DNA of 64,000 nt from Methanothrix sp. (GTDB taxonomy: Archaea > Halobacteriota > Methanosarcinia > Methanotrichales > Methanotrichaceae): assembly GCA_963682135.1 (NCBI GenBank), contig OY821645.1, forward strand, positions 1,472,001-1,536,000. Reading direction: 5' to 3'. Within the stretch, counting starts at the first letter, position 1; every line of letters starts with the position of its first letter. The notes under the pieces are model-generated. The model did not search any database and was not told where the DNA came from. It worked only from the letters and a program-made list of their open reading frames with translations. Of this stretch, positions 18,377 to 28,993 are shown one piece after another. Both the position numbers and the translations under genes were made by a program.

Positions 18377-19672
18377 ATGCCTAAACCTGCCGTCATGTTT
18401 CCCCAGGTCTTAGCCACAGTCGGCGGCTCAGGAACTCGTTTATACCCGCTCACCTTAGATCAGCCCAAGCCGCTGGTGGAGCTATGCGACACAGCCATAA
18501 TCGCCAACTTATTCCGGGTTTTGGCCAGCCAGGGCTGCAGAAGGTTCATCCTGGGCAGCAAGGGTGCCAGCAACACCCTCAACCTCAGCAATTACTTCAA
18601 AGCAGGCGAGGGCTTTTTCAAACGGCTGGGGATCACCGACCACCAGGACTTTTCTTACCAGCCTCTCTACGACGACAAGGGAAGCGCCGATTCACTGCGC
18701 TATTGCATGAACTATTTTGATATCAACGACGACCTGTTGGTGGTCTCGGGCGACAACCTGATCGATATAGACCTCGCAAGCTTCGTCGAGTTTCACAGAA
18801 AGCACAAGCCTTTGCTCACGGTGGCCCTGAAAGAGCTGGGACCAGAGGAGAACATCTCCCAGTACGGCGTGGCCCGCTTGGATGATGATATGCGCATCTT
18901 GGGATTCGTAGAAAAGCCGAAAACTGGAAGCGAGCCCAGCCGCATGATCAACACCGCCTTTTACCTCTTCTCGCCCCAGATTCGCGAGGTTCTGGCCGAG
19001 ATGGGAGACAAAGGCCGCGACATCGGCGGCGACCTGATACCCTACTTAACCGAGAACGGCTATCCCGTTTACGGATATCCCATTACAGGCTATTGGATAG
19101 ATATCGGCACTCCGGAGCGGCTGCATCAGGCATCCATGGACTGCCTCTCGGGGGCTGTCCGCCATTTCGACCGCAAATACCACTATAAGCCCAATCAGTG
19201 GATTCATCCCAGCACACTAGCCAAGATCGAGCCAGCTCTCGCCTCGGGCGATATACTGCTTTTGGGCAACGTCTCCATCGGCAGGAACTGCCATATCGAA
19301 AAGGGCGTTACCATCGAGAACTCTCACATCGGTCATACCAGCCTCATTGAACGCAATGTAGAGATCAAAGAGAGCATGATCATGAGCTTCGCTCATATCC
19401 AGCACATGGTCAATATCCGGCGCACCATCGTCGGCAGGCACACTACAATAGAGGAGCATAGCGCTATCGGAGGGGAAAATGGTGCAGGGGAGAGACTCAT
19501 TGCAGTCATCGGCGAGAATGCCATTCTTCCGCCCGAATCGGTGGTACCCGCCGGGGTAAGGGTTGCACCGCTCAAACACAGCCACAGCATTCTGGCCACA
19601 GGCAGATTCGCGGAGCTGGGAATTGATGAAAGAAATATATACTTTGCAGAAAAAAGTTCGATGAAACGCTAG
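18377..19672 (+). CDS. NDP-sugar pyrophosphorylase (GlgC/GCD1-like nucleotidyltransferase with hexapeptide beta-helix)
   Basis: GGSGTRLYPLT..PKPL, VSGDNL, FVEKP, DIGGDLIP, YWIDIGT; C-terminal hexapeptide repeats. Confidence 0.85.
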   Translation: MPKPAVMFPQVLATVGGSGTRLYPLTLDQPKPLVELCDTAIIANLFRVLASQGCRRFILGSKGASNTLNLSNYFKAGEGFFKRLGITDHQDFSYQPLYDDKGSADSLRYCMNYFDINDDLLVVSGDNLIDIDLASFVEFHRKHKPLLTVALKELGPEENISQYGVARLDDDMRILGFVEKPKTGSEPSRMINTAFYLFSPQIREVLAEMGDKGRDIGGDLIPYLTENGYPVYGYPITGYWIDIGTPERLHQASMDCLSGAVRHFDRKYHYKPNQWIHPSTLAKIEPALASGDILLLGNVSIGRNCHIEKGVTIENSHIGHTSLIERNVEIKESMIMSFAHIQHMVNIRRTIVGRHTTIEEHSAIGGENGAGERLIAVIGENAILPPESVVPAGVRVAPLKHSHSILATGRFAELGIDERNIYFAEKSSMKR

Positions 19673-19689
19673 TTCCTAATTTTTGGCAA

Positions 19690-19926
19690 CTAGTAGTAGC
19701 GCTCCCAAGCCCCTTCGACCTTTTTAATTTTATATTTTGCCCCGCTATCCAACAGGTATCGGTTCAGGTCCTGAGCATCCTGGAAAAAGCGCTTATCTCT
19801 CAGGTTATTATAGATGTCTTCTGTGGTAAACCCTTTCAGCTCACCCTTGCCGTAAACGATCCTCTCAATGGCATAATAGATGTCGTCAAACTTCCTCAAG
19901 GGATAAGTCCACTCTGCAAACTGCAT
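19690..19926 (-). CDS. Hypothetical 78-aa protein
   Basis: Strong RBS GAGGAGGG upstream; fills the gap between genes. Confidence 0.65.
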   Translation of the reverse strand: MQFAEWTYPLRKFDDIYYAIERIVYGKGELKGFTTEDIYNNLRDKRFFQDAQDLNRYLLDSGAKYKIKKVEGAWERYY

Positions 19927-20028
19927 CTCGTGCCCTCCTCATTTGGCTACAGGTTTTGAGCAAATAAGAACCTTTCGTTTTCCATGAAGAAAAAGATTAT
20001 CAATAACGGAAATGAAAAAGTCATACTC

Positions 20029-20577
20029 ATGAATCCAATCGATCTTCCCCATATTGATCAGCAAATCTGCGCCTGCCACCTCTGCTCCCTCTTTTCAGGG
20101 AGAACGATCGCCGTACCGGGCTGCGGCCCAGCTCCCGCTGATATCATGCTGGTAGGAGAAGCTCCCGGTAAAGAAGAGGACCTAACAGGAAAGCCGTTCG
20201 TAGGCAGGGCGGGAAGACTGCTGGATGAAGCGCTAGTGCAGGCAGGTCTGGAGAGATCAAAGGTGTTTATAACCAGCGTCATAAAATGCCGCCCCCCGCA
20301 AAACAGAAAACCTAAAAAAATAGAGATCGATCGATGTCGTCCCTATTTGCAGTCCCAAATAGATATTCTCCATCCAAAAATCATCTGCCTGATGGGAAAT
20401 ACGGCTACACAGGCCGTCTTAGGCAGACAGGGTATCGCAAACTTGCGCGGGCAAATCTTGCAGGATCGCTATCTTGTCACCTTTCATCCTGCCGCCGTCT
20501 TGAGAAATAGAAATCTCATGAATGATTTCGTCTCCGACCTCAAAATATTGAATACCGGGAGCCACAGACTTGTTTAG
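20029..20577 (+). CDS. udg: Uracil-DNA glycosylase family 4 ([4Fe-4S]); ORF track start 19984
   Basis: C..C.L, GEAPG, PFVGRAG, KCRPP.NR, TFHPAA. Confidence 0.93.
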   Translation: MNPIDLPHIDQQICACHLCSLFSGRTIAVPGCGPAPADIMLVGEAPGKEEDLTGKPFVGRAGRLLDEALVQAGLERSKVFITSVIKCRPPQNRKPKKIEIDRCRPYLQSQIDILHPKIICLMGNTATQAVLGRQGIANLRGQILQDRYLVTFHPAAVLRNRNLMNDFVSDLKILNTGSHRLV

Positions 20578-21070
20578 CCTCACCTACGATCTTTGGAAGG
20601 AGATCATTGTAGATATTGCTCAGGCCCACGATTCACTTTTTGTTGCTATGCACCAGGCGGCAGAAGAGCTCCAGCTCTGTGCGGCTCTGGTTGATGATTT
20701 GAAGAAGAAAAGAGAATTGACGATCGCAAATGATCCCTGGGAATTGCAGCTCGAAATCGAATTTATCGAGGATAAAATCAATGGTTTCACAATCTTCCTT
20801 GTCGCGAAAGAGCCACTGGAAGTATTAGAAGAGATCAAGGCGAATATAGCATCAGACCAGGGATTTTCACTAGAAGAGATCGAAGGCTTTGAGCTTGAAC
20901 ACGGCCTGGATATACAGGAAGAGATATTTGTAGAGATCGAGGAGAGCTACGGGGTCACGGCTGAGATCAGAGAGAACGTTGTCATTTATGAACTGGTGAT
21001 CTTTGACAGCCAGGACATTGATAATAGCCGATCCAGCAATCTGGCAGAAGATGAGGAGCTTGTGAATTAA
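20570..21070 (+). CDS. Highly acidic hypothetical protein
   Basis: 166-aa ORF overlapping udg stop; very E/D-rich. Confidence 0.7.
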   Translation: MFSLTYDLWKEIIVDIAQAHDSLFVAMHQAAEELQLCAALVDDLKKKRELTIANDPWELQLEIEFIEDKINGFTIFLVAKEPLEVLEEIKANIASDQGFSLEEIEGFELEHGLDIQEEIFVEIEESYGVTAEIRENVVIYELVIFDSQDIDNSRSSNLAEDEELVN

Positions 21071-21114
21071 AGTCAGGTGAAACTTTTATATATTCCCGTT
21101 CAATATCGAAAGCC

Positions 21115-23331
21115 ATGGATCAAGGGAGGAGAAGCGAGCCGGCAGAACTGGTTGCAGTTTTAGTGCTGGGCCTGTTGTTGAGGCTATTTGCCGGGAGAAA
21201 CTCTTTAACAGAAAATGGCATTGTGCTGCCTGGATATGATGAATATTATCATCTACGCAGAATTTTGTTTACAGTAATACATTTTCCCAATACGCTCTGG
21301 TTTGATTCTTACCTGAACTATCCTCACGGATTGGAGATTACCTGGCCCCCTCTCTTCGATCAGATCTCTGCCGCCCTCTGTGTGGCTTTGGGCCAGCATA
21401 GCAAACCCGGAATCGAGCTGACGGCCTGCTTTGCACCTCTGATCATGGGCTTAATCGCCATAGTAGTAGTCTACTATATAGTCAGAGAGCTCTTCGATCA
21501 TAAAGTGGCACTTCTTGCCGCATTCATGACCGCTCTGGCGCCGTATTATCTCCTTTATACCATGTTTGCCGCCCTGGATCACCACTGCCTGGAGGTACTG
21601 TTCTTACTCATCATACTCCTCTTCATGATCATGTGTATCAGCCGAAAGGAGAAGAGATACCTCTACATCTTTGCGTGTGGAGTTGCTATGGCCGCCCTGG
21701 CATATACCTGGCAAGGGGCAGATATCTACCTGGCAATATTCCTGCTCTACGCAGCCGTCCAGATAACATTGGACCTTAAAGAGGGCAAATCACCTAAAGA
21801 GACAGCGACAATGCTCTTGGCAGCATATGCTATCGCTTTCATCCTGGTTCTGCCATTTGGGAATACAGCCTGGCTCTCTGCGTCCTTCCACGGAATAGGA
21901 GCAATGATCATTGCCCTTTGTATTATGTTCGCCCTTGCCTACATCATGGCCAAGAGGAAAATATCCTGGAAGGCGTTTCCTTTGAGCATCCTGATAGTCT
22001 CTGCATTATTTGCCATTATCTCAGAGCTTGCCGGCGGATTTTTCGGTGTGGGGGCACTGATTCTGTCTGGGGTAAAATACATATGGGGAGGAGAGATGAT
22101 CGGAAAGATCGGCGAGGCCGAGCCGCTCATCTATGATGCAGAGACATTTTCTCAGGTGGCCTTCTCTATGCTGGGATTGAATCTTCTCTTCTCTCTGGGA
22201 GGGATGGTCGCGTCCTTAATTTGCATCCGTCGCAGTACTGGTCCCAAGAGACAGGGCCAGATCCTGCTCTTGCTATGGATAGCAGCCACACTCATTCTCA
22301 CATTGGGACAGTCTCGGTTCCTTTATGTATCTACGATAACCATGGGAATTTTGATAAGTATACTATTATTCTTTTTATGGGATATGGTCGATAGAAGGCG
22401 CCAGGAAGCAGAACAAGCATCATCTGCAAGACACTCGAGACTATTAGCCGGATTTTTATTCCTGCTTCTTGTCCTGCCCACCGCCTGGGATGCGGCCTCC
22501 TTTGCCGAGAGTTCTCCCCCGGCAATGACTGGTGACTGGCAGGAGTCACTTGCCTGGCTAAAAGAAAACAGCAATACAACCAGCTTCTTTGAGGCACCTC
22601 AAGAAGTTGCCGAATACAGCGTCATGAGCTGGTGGGACTATGGCAACTGGGTCTTATATTTGGCACAACGACCGGTAGTAGCCAACAATTTCCAGGCAGG
22701 AGTGGCGGATGCTGCCAAATTCTATCTATCGGAAAATGAAGAGGAAGCCATCGCCGTGCTGGAGGCAAGAGGAGCGAAGTACATCATTGTGGATAATAAA
22801 TTGATCTACGGCAAACTTGCCGCTCTCACCACCTGGGCCAATGAGGATCTGAGCAGTTACATAAGAGAAGAAGACTACGGCTCGCAATTTGTGGCCACAC
22901 CACAGGAAAAGCTCTTTAATACGACATTGGGAAAGCTTTATTTATTCGATGGAGCAGGAACGGGTCACTTCCGTCTGATCCATGAATCGAAGACATTTGT
23001 AGGATCAAGCCCGCCCAAGAGCGAGGTCAAGATCTTCGAGTATGTTCCTGGAGCTTTGATAAAGGTCAGAACTGGGTCGAACCAGAAGGTAGGCGCCCTG
23101 CTTAACATGACCTCCAATCAAAGAAGGGAATTTATTTACATCAATGAGGGCACTCTAAACGGTGACTCATTTGAGATAAGAGTTCCTTACTCAACAAAGG
23201 GTGGGTATGAATGCCACGCAACCAGCCCGTATTTGATCTACTCAGGAAATGAAGCCGGTGCAACGGTGAAGAATCTTGATGTGAGCGAGGAAGACGTAAT
23301 GTTAGGCAGAACTATCGAGCTGACCTTTTAA
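21115..23331 (+). CDS. aglB: Oligosaccharyltransferase AglB (STT3)
   Basis: GYDEYYH, DHHCLE, WWDYG, D..L...K motifs; many TM helices; KIFEYV.GA..VPYST C-domain. Confidence 0.93.
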   Translation: MDQGRRSEPAELVAVLVLGLLLRLFAGRNSLTENGIVLPGYDEYYHLRRILFTVIHFPNTLWFDSYLNYPHGLEITWPPLFDQISAALCVALGQHSKPGIELTACFAPLIMGLIAIVVVYYIVRELFDHKVALLAAFMTALAPYYLLYTMFAALDHHCLEVLFLLIILLFMIMCISRKEKRYLYIFACGVAMAALAYTWQGADIYLAIFLLYAAVQITLDLKEGKSPKETATMLLAAYAIAFILVLPFGNTAWLSASFHGIGAMIIALCIMFALAYIMAKRKISWKAFPLSILIVSALFAIISELAGGFFGVGALILSGVKYIWGGEMIGKIGEAEPLIYDAETFSQVAFSMLGLNLLFSLGGMVASLICIRRSTGPKRQGQILLLLWIAATLILTLGQSRFLYVSTITMGILISILLFFLWDMVDRRRQEAEQASSARHSRLLAGFLFLLLVLPTAWDAASFAESSPPAMTGDWQESLAWLKENSNTTSFFEAPQEVAEYSVMSWWDYGNWVLYLAQRPVVANNFQAGVADAAKFYLSENEEEAIAVLEARGAKYIIVDNKLIYGKLAALTTWANEDLSSYIREEDYGSQFVATPQEKLFNTTLGKLYLFDGAGTGHFRLIHESKTFVGSSPPKSEVKIFEYVPGALIKVRTGSNQKVGALLNMTSNQRREFIYINEGTLNGDSFEIRVPYSTKGGYECHATSPYLIYSGNEAGATVKNLDVSEEDVMLGRTIELTF

Positions 23332-23370
23332 CGAAAGGAGATGAGGCAGCGTACCTCATCTTCCTTTTCG
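23332..23370. terminator. Hairpin between convergent aglB and hemB
   Basis: cgaaaggagatgagg-cagcgta-cctcatcttccttttcg near-perfect inverted repeat. Confidence 0.6.
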
Positions 23371-23433
23371 CGGGATATGAATATAGCAGGTTTATGATGG
23401 CCCTACAAAATCTGGAAACCTTTATTTTTGCTC

Positions 23434-24387
23434 TTAAAGGCCGAGCTTGGCATACTCCTTGGCCCAGTAGGTGATTATCATATCTGCGCCCGCCCTCTTG
23501 ATACAGGTCAGCGATTCCAGGAAGGCCGCCCTTTCATCCAGCCAGCCCTGCTTTGCCGCGGCTGCAATCATGGAATATTCGCCTGAGACCTGATAAGCGG
23601 CCGTAGGCATGGCAAACATGTCCTTGACAGCGCGCAGAACATCGAGGTAGGGCATGGCCGGCTTGACCATACACATGTCCGCACCTTCTTCTACATCCAA
23701 TTGTACCTCCCAGAGGGCCTCGGAAAAGTTGGCGGGATTCATCTGGTACCCTTTGCGATCCCCCCAGGCAAAGCCGGATTCAGCCGCCTCGCGGAAGGGG
23801 CCGTAAAAAGTAGATGCGTACTTGGCGGAATAGGATAAAATAGACGTGTCTTTGTATCCGTCCAGATCCAGAGCAGTGCGGATGGCCTGTACCATGTGAT
23901 CCATCATGCCGCTGGGAGCTACAATATCAGCGCCCGCCTGGGCGTGGCTCACCGCCGTCTCTCCTAATATGGGCAGGGTCTCATCATTGAGGATCTTCTC
24001 ACCCCGAACGAGGCCGCAGTGCCCGTGGCTGGTGTACTCACACAGGCACAAATCAGTTATTACTATCAGGCTGGTGGTCTCCTTGATAGCGGCTATTGCC
24101 TTCTGAATAATGCCATGCGGATCGTAGGCTGCAGATCCCATCTCATCCTTGTGGACTGGCAGGCCGAATAAAAGCACCGCAGGAACACCCAAATCCTCCA
24201 GGGCTTGCGCCTCAGCCGCCACGCTCTCCAGACTCTGCCGCAACTGGCCGGGCATAGCCTCAATTGCTCTCGGCTCGGATATTCTCTCATCCACAAATAT
24301 GGGCTGCACCAAATCATTGCAGGATAGCCTTGTTTCTGCTACCATATCCCTAATCTTTGGCGCTCTTAGCCGTCTCATTCTCCTCAT
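23434..24387 (-). CDS. hemB: Porphobilinogen synthase
   Basis: [14 protein letters not shown] Zn motif, [27 protein letters not shown]. Confidence 0.96.
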   Translation of the reverse strand: MRRMRRLRAPKIRDMVAETRLSCNDLVQPIFVDERISEPRAIEAMPGQLRQSLESVAAEAQALEDLGVPAVLLFGLPVHKDEMGSAAYDPHGIIQKAIAAIKETTSLIVITDLCLCEYTSHGHCGLVRGEKILNDETLPILGETAVSHAQAGADIVAPSGMMDHMVQAIRTALDLDGYKDTSILSYSAKYASTFYGPFREAAESGFAWGDRKGYQMNPANFSEALWEVQLDVEEGADMCMVKPAMPYLDVLRAVKDMFAMPTAAYQVSGEYSMIAAAAKQGWLDERAAFLESLTCIKRAGADMIITYWAKEYAKLGL

Positions 24388-25630
24388 ATATTTCCTCCAG
24401 CCGGAATAGTTCAATGATAGCATTAAGGATATTAGTGTCCCCAAGCTCTGCCGCCCTCTTGAGAGTCTTGGTGGGCTCAGAGAAGAGCTTGTTCACAATG
24501 GAATGACTCATGTCCTGCAGTACCTGCTGCTCGATCTCGCCCAGAGTATGCCTGGCCGAGAGCTTGTTCATGGCCCGCTTGACCTCTTGATCCTTAATAA
24601 TTTCGGCTTTGGAGTACAGCCTGGCCAGCAGATCCTCAGCCTGTTTTCTCTTATATTTGGCCTTTAAGAGCTGCATCTCTTCTGCTATGATGGCCTCGAC
24701 CCTGCTAGCCTCCTCCATCCTCTGCCTCATATTCTCGCTGCTGATATTCTTCAAGCTGTCAATGTTATGCAGCTGTACGCCTGGAACCTCTGCCGCCGCC
24801 TCGTCTACGTCTCTGGGATTGGCGATATCTATTATGAGCAGCTTGGTATCTCTTCCTGCCATGGCCTTCTCTATGTCCTCTTTGAGAAGAATATAATGGG
24901 GCGCAGAGGTAGCGCTTATGACCACGTCAGAGGTCTTGAGACGATCCTTCATCTCATCAAAAGGAACCGCAGAAGCACCCAAACACTCGGCCAGGCACTG
25001 GGCTGAGCTGTAGGTCCTGTTGGTGACCACCAGCGAGCCGATATCCTTGGCCAAGAGCGCCCGAGATATCAGCTCCCCCGTCTCCCCGGCGCCAATCACC
25101 AGAACGGACAATCCTTTCAGATCGCCCAGAATTTCCTGGGCCAGGTCAACGGCTGCAGATCCTACGGATACGGACCTCTCGTTAATTTGGGTCTCCTTTC
25201 GCACCCGCTTTCCTACAGCTATGGCTTTTTTGAAGGCGGTATCCAGCATCCACCCGGTTGTTCCCGCCTTGGCTGCTATCTGCACCAGATCCTTCATCTG
25301 ACCCAGGATCTGATCCTCGCCGATGATCATGGACTCAAGCCCCGAGGCCAGGCGCAGTAGATGAAGCAGAGACTCATCGTGATCATGAAAATCGATTATG
25401 CGAGAAGAGACGCGCGCCTTTTTGGCCAGGTCGAAGAGCACCTTCTCGCCGCGCGTACTGACTACATAAATCTCTACGCGATTGCAGGTCTTTAGCACAG
25501 CGCACTCTTCTACCCTCTCCAGTGAGCCCACCCATTTGAGAAGGGTCTGTACATCTCCGTGCCAGGCCCGCTCAATCTCATCAATGGAGGCCTTGCGGTG
25601 TGTCACCAGCATCGAGGCTATCTCGCTCAT
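24350..25630 (-). CDS. hemA: Glutamyl-tRNA reductase
   Basis: [36 protein letters not shown]. Confidence 0.96.
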   Translation of the reverse strand: MSEIASMLVTHRKASIDEIERAWHGDVQTLLKWVGSLERVEECAVLKTCNRVEIYVVSTRGEKVLFDLAKKARVSSRIIDFHDHDESLLHLLRLASGLESMIIGEDQILGQMKDLVQIAAKAGTTGWMLDTAFKKAIAVGKRVRKETQINERSVSVGSAAVDLAQEILGDLKGLSVLVIGAGETGELISRALLAKDIGSLVVTNRTYSSAQCLAECLGASAVPFDEMKDRLKTSDVVISATSAPHYILLKEDIEKAMAGRDTKLLIIDIANPRDVDEAAAEVPGVQLHNIDSLKNISSENMRQRMEEASRVEAIIAEEMQLLKAKYKRKQAEDLLARLYSKAEIIKDQEVKRAMNKLSARHTLGEIEQQVLQDMSHSIVNKLFSEPTKTLKRAAELGDTNILNAIIELFRLEEIYEENETAKSAKD

Positions 25631-26288
25631 TGAGGCAAACATGTGAGCGGGCTCTCATATAGGCCTTTTCATAGGATACTCTGAGAAGCCTCCAAACTTC
25701 ATCGTCTAATAATATATCCCAGATTATGCGAGCTCTATCCTTCTGCGCGGCTACAATTTCTTTGTTCTCTCTGCGTATCTGGGAGAGCAGCCGGGCCATG
25801 TCCTGATAGTTATCGGTCAGCTCCTCTTCCAGGCGGAGACGAAGGTATTTGGTGAGGGCCGGGTTCTCTGTAGAGATGGCAACCGCAATGGTTCCCCTTC
25901 GCAGAATAGACGGGACCACCACATCCCCCGCGCCCTCTACATTGTTTACGAGAATATTCATATCCTGCGCCACCTCTTCAATGGCGTGATTTAGGTTTGA
26001 GTCGCTTGTGGCAGGTATTGCGATAAATGCACCCTGCAGATATTTGCTGAAATCACAGGTTAGATCGCACTCCACGAGCTCAACCTGGCCTTGCGAGTCC
26101 TTCGCCAGCTCCTGGATCCCCAGAGAGAAATCGCGGGACAGGACTCTCACCGGCCCGTATTGGGAAAACAGCCTGGCTTTGCGCTCGCCAACGGCTCCCC
26201 CTCCAAAAATCACCACAAGCCGAGACTGAAGGTCCAGAAAAAGTGGCAATCGCGGCCCGGCTGATTGGAGGTCTCTTTGCTTTGCCAT
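25581..26288 (-). CDS. sirC: Precorrin-2 dehydrogenase (SirC/CysG N-terminal type)
   Basis: LPLFLDL, VIFGGGAVGERK, IAVAIST. Confidence 0.88.
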   Translation of the reverse strand: MAKQRDLQSAGPRLPLFLDLQSRLVVIFGGGAVGERKARLFSQYGPVRVLSRDFSLGIQELAKDSQGQVELVECDLTCDFSKYLQGAFIAIPATSDSNLNHAIEEVAQDMNILVNNVEGAGDVVVPSILRRGTIAVAISTENPALTKYLRLRLEEELTDNYQDMARLLSQIRRENKEIVAAQKDRARIIWDILLDDEVWRLLRVSYEKAYMRARSHVCLNERDSLDAGDTPQGLH

Positions 26289-26298
26289 TATCGCCTCA

Positions 26299-26757
26299 TT
26301 AAATCCTGGCGCTGGTTTTCTTGTACTCAAAATCGCTAAAGAGCACCCGATAATCACTTATGCCTGATCTTTGCGACAGCCTATCTGCAATCATCAGGCA
26401 GTCATCTCGGCTTTTTGAGTGTACCATGGTGTAAAGATTATAAGGCCAATCCTCAGCGATCGCCCTCTCGTAGCAGTGGGTAACCTCATCGACTGAGGCG
26501 AATAGCAGGCCCGCACTTTCTACTTCTTCGGGAGCCACCCTCCAGGCAATCATAGCATTGGCCACAATTCCCAGGGCCCTGTGACCAATGGTAGCGGCAA
26601 AGCGACGAATTATGCCTGCCTCCTGCAGGGCACGCAGCCGAACTATTACTTCCTCCTCGGATATGCCCACCAGATCTCCTAAGACCTGATAGGGTCGCGA
26701 CGTAAGCTCCACACCATCCTGGGCAATCTTGAGCAGATCAAGATCCTTTTCATCCAT
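26299..26757 (-). CDS. ahbB: Siroheme decarboxylase beta subunit (AsnC-like)
   Basis: GIIRRF...HRALGIVANAM, VTHCYER..WPYNLYTMVH, EYKKTS. Confidence 0.88.
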   Translation of the reverse strand: MDEKDLDLLKIAQDGVELTSRPYQVLGDLVGISEEEVIVRLRALQEAGIIRRFAATIGHRALGIVANAMIAWRVAPEEVESAGLLFASVDEVTHCYERAIAEDWPYNLYTMVHSKSRDDCLMIADRLSQRSGISDYRVLFSDFEYKKTSARI

Positions 26758-28907
26758 CAGAGCCACCCCCAGGGGTCCTGGAAAGGATAGCTATCTACGC
26801 CACCCCCGGGAATCTGGCGCGGCTGATCGGCAGGGTTGCCAATCACCGGATGGTCGCTCCAGTAATTTCCACCGGCTTTTGGCCCACCGTCCCACTGGTT
26901 TTGCCCGTTATCGGCTGCATTCTGGATGCCATTGTTCGCGAAGACGTTGTGGTAGAGCAAAGATCCGGCGCAGTCCACCAAATTGGCGCCTGCCATCCGA
27001 TTATCATAGATGTTATTCTCGGAGATATTGCAGTGCATCGAGCTGCTCATGCGCAGGCCAAAACGGCTATTCTCACCCAGGATATTTCCAGTGATCGACA
27101 GATTGCGAGAGGACTGGACATAAATTCCCTGGCCGTTTCTCAGAGCAGTGTTGTTCTGGACAATTGCATAAACCAACTGTTGCAGCGAAAAGCCATCTAC
27201 TTTGTTCTCGCTGACATTGTTTGCCTGCAGATAGCAGGAATTGCTGCCTGCAAGGTATATGCCTCGATCATTGGTTTTTGCTGCATTTCCCAGGAGAGTG
27301 CAATTATAGGATTTGATGAGCTCTAGCCCATCCTCCTGGTTATCGTTCGCGCTGCAATTTTGAATCCTGCATAGCCGGGACCCATGAAGAGCCATGCCAG
27401 TCTGGCAGAACTGCATTTCGCACCCCAATAGGCTCAGGCCCTGTGCATTGTCAGCACGAAATCCTTCGGCTGAGCAATTGCGGACCTGGTTGTAAGAAAA
27501 CTGGCACCAGGAAGATGATTCGGCCACAAAGCCAATCCGGCAATCGCGGGCCTTGCTATGGGAGACTATGCAGGCGAGACTATCTTGGAGGAGATAGCCA
27601 GTTTCGGCCCATGTGATGCTGCAATTTTTTATATTGCATTTAGTGGAATTGACCAGCAACACCCCTGCGCTGCTGTTTTCTAGGGTTAAGTTGGCGGCGC
27701 TAATGTTTTTGCAGGATACAATCCCCAAGAAGCCGCAGTCTTCAGGAGCCATGAGATTGGCTTTACCTATCAGATAACAGGTCGGCTTATTGTCCACAAG
27801 ATTGCTCGGATCGATATCCTGCAAAAAGAAATTATAGTTATCTGACTCTGATTGGCCCTGGCCAGAATCGATGCGCAGATTGTAAGAGTTTTCCCAGAGG
27901 ATGTTCTCCCTCAGCATATTTTTTGTGCTGCCCCGCAAAGAGATTCCATAGATGTTGCGGTATACCTGGTTGGAGATAAGCGAGTCTTCCGCACAGCCTT
28001 GAAGAAGGATACCGTTGCCGTTTTCAGAAAGATTATTAGCAACCAGTTGGTTTTGATAGCTTCCTTCGGCAAATATTCCTGCCCGCTCGTTCTTCTCGCA
28101 GATGTTACCGGTGACGAGGCAGCTTTGCGATCCCCTCAGGCTTATACCGACTTTGCCGCCCGTTATGTAGTTATTCGTCAGATTATTGCTGGCGGAATCG
28201 ACCACATCAAGAGCGCTCACATAGCCGCGGGAAAAGTTGTTATACGAAACATTGTTGCTGTGAGACCGGGTGAGCACCACACCAAATCCGTCTCCAGAAA
28301 ATGTGTTATTAGTGACATAATTTTCCCTAGAGTCTTCTATTTGTATGCCCTGCAAGGCAGAGATTTGGCAACCGGATATCATGCCACCCCATGTGTTGTT
28401 AATTCTAATGGCTGTGCTGCCCGATATGACGCTGTGCAAAACATCACAATTCGCGCCGAATATCTCCACACCAGCAGGCGAATCGATGCGACAATCCCTT
28501 ATGGAATTATTCAAACCCGTGACTTTAATGGCCGTCGCGATTCCGGTTATGGTGCAACCTACAAGTTGATTGTCAGGGGAAACAAGGCTTACGGCAGAAT
28601 CTTTTCCACCGGCCTTTATGGTGATATCGGATACCCTGCAGCCGGGTGCAGTTATTGCTAATGATCCCACTACTATTACGCGGCCTCTTGCGGTGATGTT
28701 CACACTTCTGTCGACAACAGCACCGGCATAATCTCCCGGCTGGATTTGAATCGTATCACCATTGCCTGCCTGATAGATGGCGGCCATTAGCGTCTTGGCA
28801 TCTCCGGATTCGCCCGGATCGACAATCAGCGTCTTGGCCTGGCAGGAGGCGACTAAAGCCAGGAGAAAGAAGGCAATGCATGGTTTCATCGTTTCTGCTT
28901 TATGCAT
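26757..28907 (-). CDS. Secreted NosD/CASH right-handed beta-helix protein
   Basis: Signal peptide; many GI.L..S..N...N repeats; NQWD...GGNYWSD..DSYP C-terminus; TGATG overlap with ahbB. Confidence 0.88.
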   Translation of the reverse strand: MHKAETMKPCIAFFLLALVASCQAKTLIVDPGESGDAKTLMAAIYQAGNGDTIQIQPGDYAGAVVDRSVNITARGRVIVVGSLAITAPGCRVSDITIKAGGKDSAVSLVSPDNQLVGCTITGIATAIKVTGLNNSIRDCRIDSPAGVEIFGANCDVLHSVISGSTAIRINNTWGGMISGCQISALQGIQIEDSRENYVTNNTFSGDGFGVVLTRSHSNNVSYNNFSRGYVSALDVVDSASNNLTNNYITGGKVGISLRGSQSCLVTGNICEKNERAGIFAEGSYQNQLVANNLSENGNGILLQGCAEDSLISNQVYRNIYGISLRGSTKNMLRENILWENSYNLRIDSGQGQSESDNYNFFLQDIDPSNLVDNKPTCYLIGKANLMAPEDCGFLGIVSCKNISAANLTLENSSAGVLLVNSTKCNIKNCSITWAETGYLLQDSLACIVSHSKARDCRIGFVAESSSWCQFSYNQVRNCSAEGFRADNAQGLSLLGCEMQFCQTGMALHGSRLCRIQNCSANDNQEDGLELIKSYNCTLLGNAAKTNDRGIYLAGSNSCYLQANNVSENKVDGFSLQQLVYAIVQNNTALRNGQGIYVQSSRNLSITGNILGENSRFGLRMSSSMHCNISENNIYDNRMAGANLVDCAGSLLYHNVFANNGIQNAADNGQNQWDGGPKAGGNYWSDHPVIGNPADQPRQIPGGGVDSYPFQDPWGWL

Positions 28908-28993
28908 TTATAGGCTATTAAATCTATGGCGATATGTAGAAAGATAGAAATATGCAAATCTAATATCCATATTTTAAGCGGGGAAGGATTCTC

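Noticed and set aside
18154-18384. 76-aa His-rich ORF
   Set aside because: Off-frame reading of the ATC-rich 30-aa membrane peptide gene
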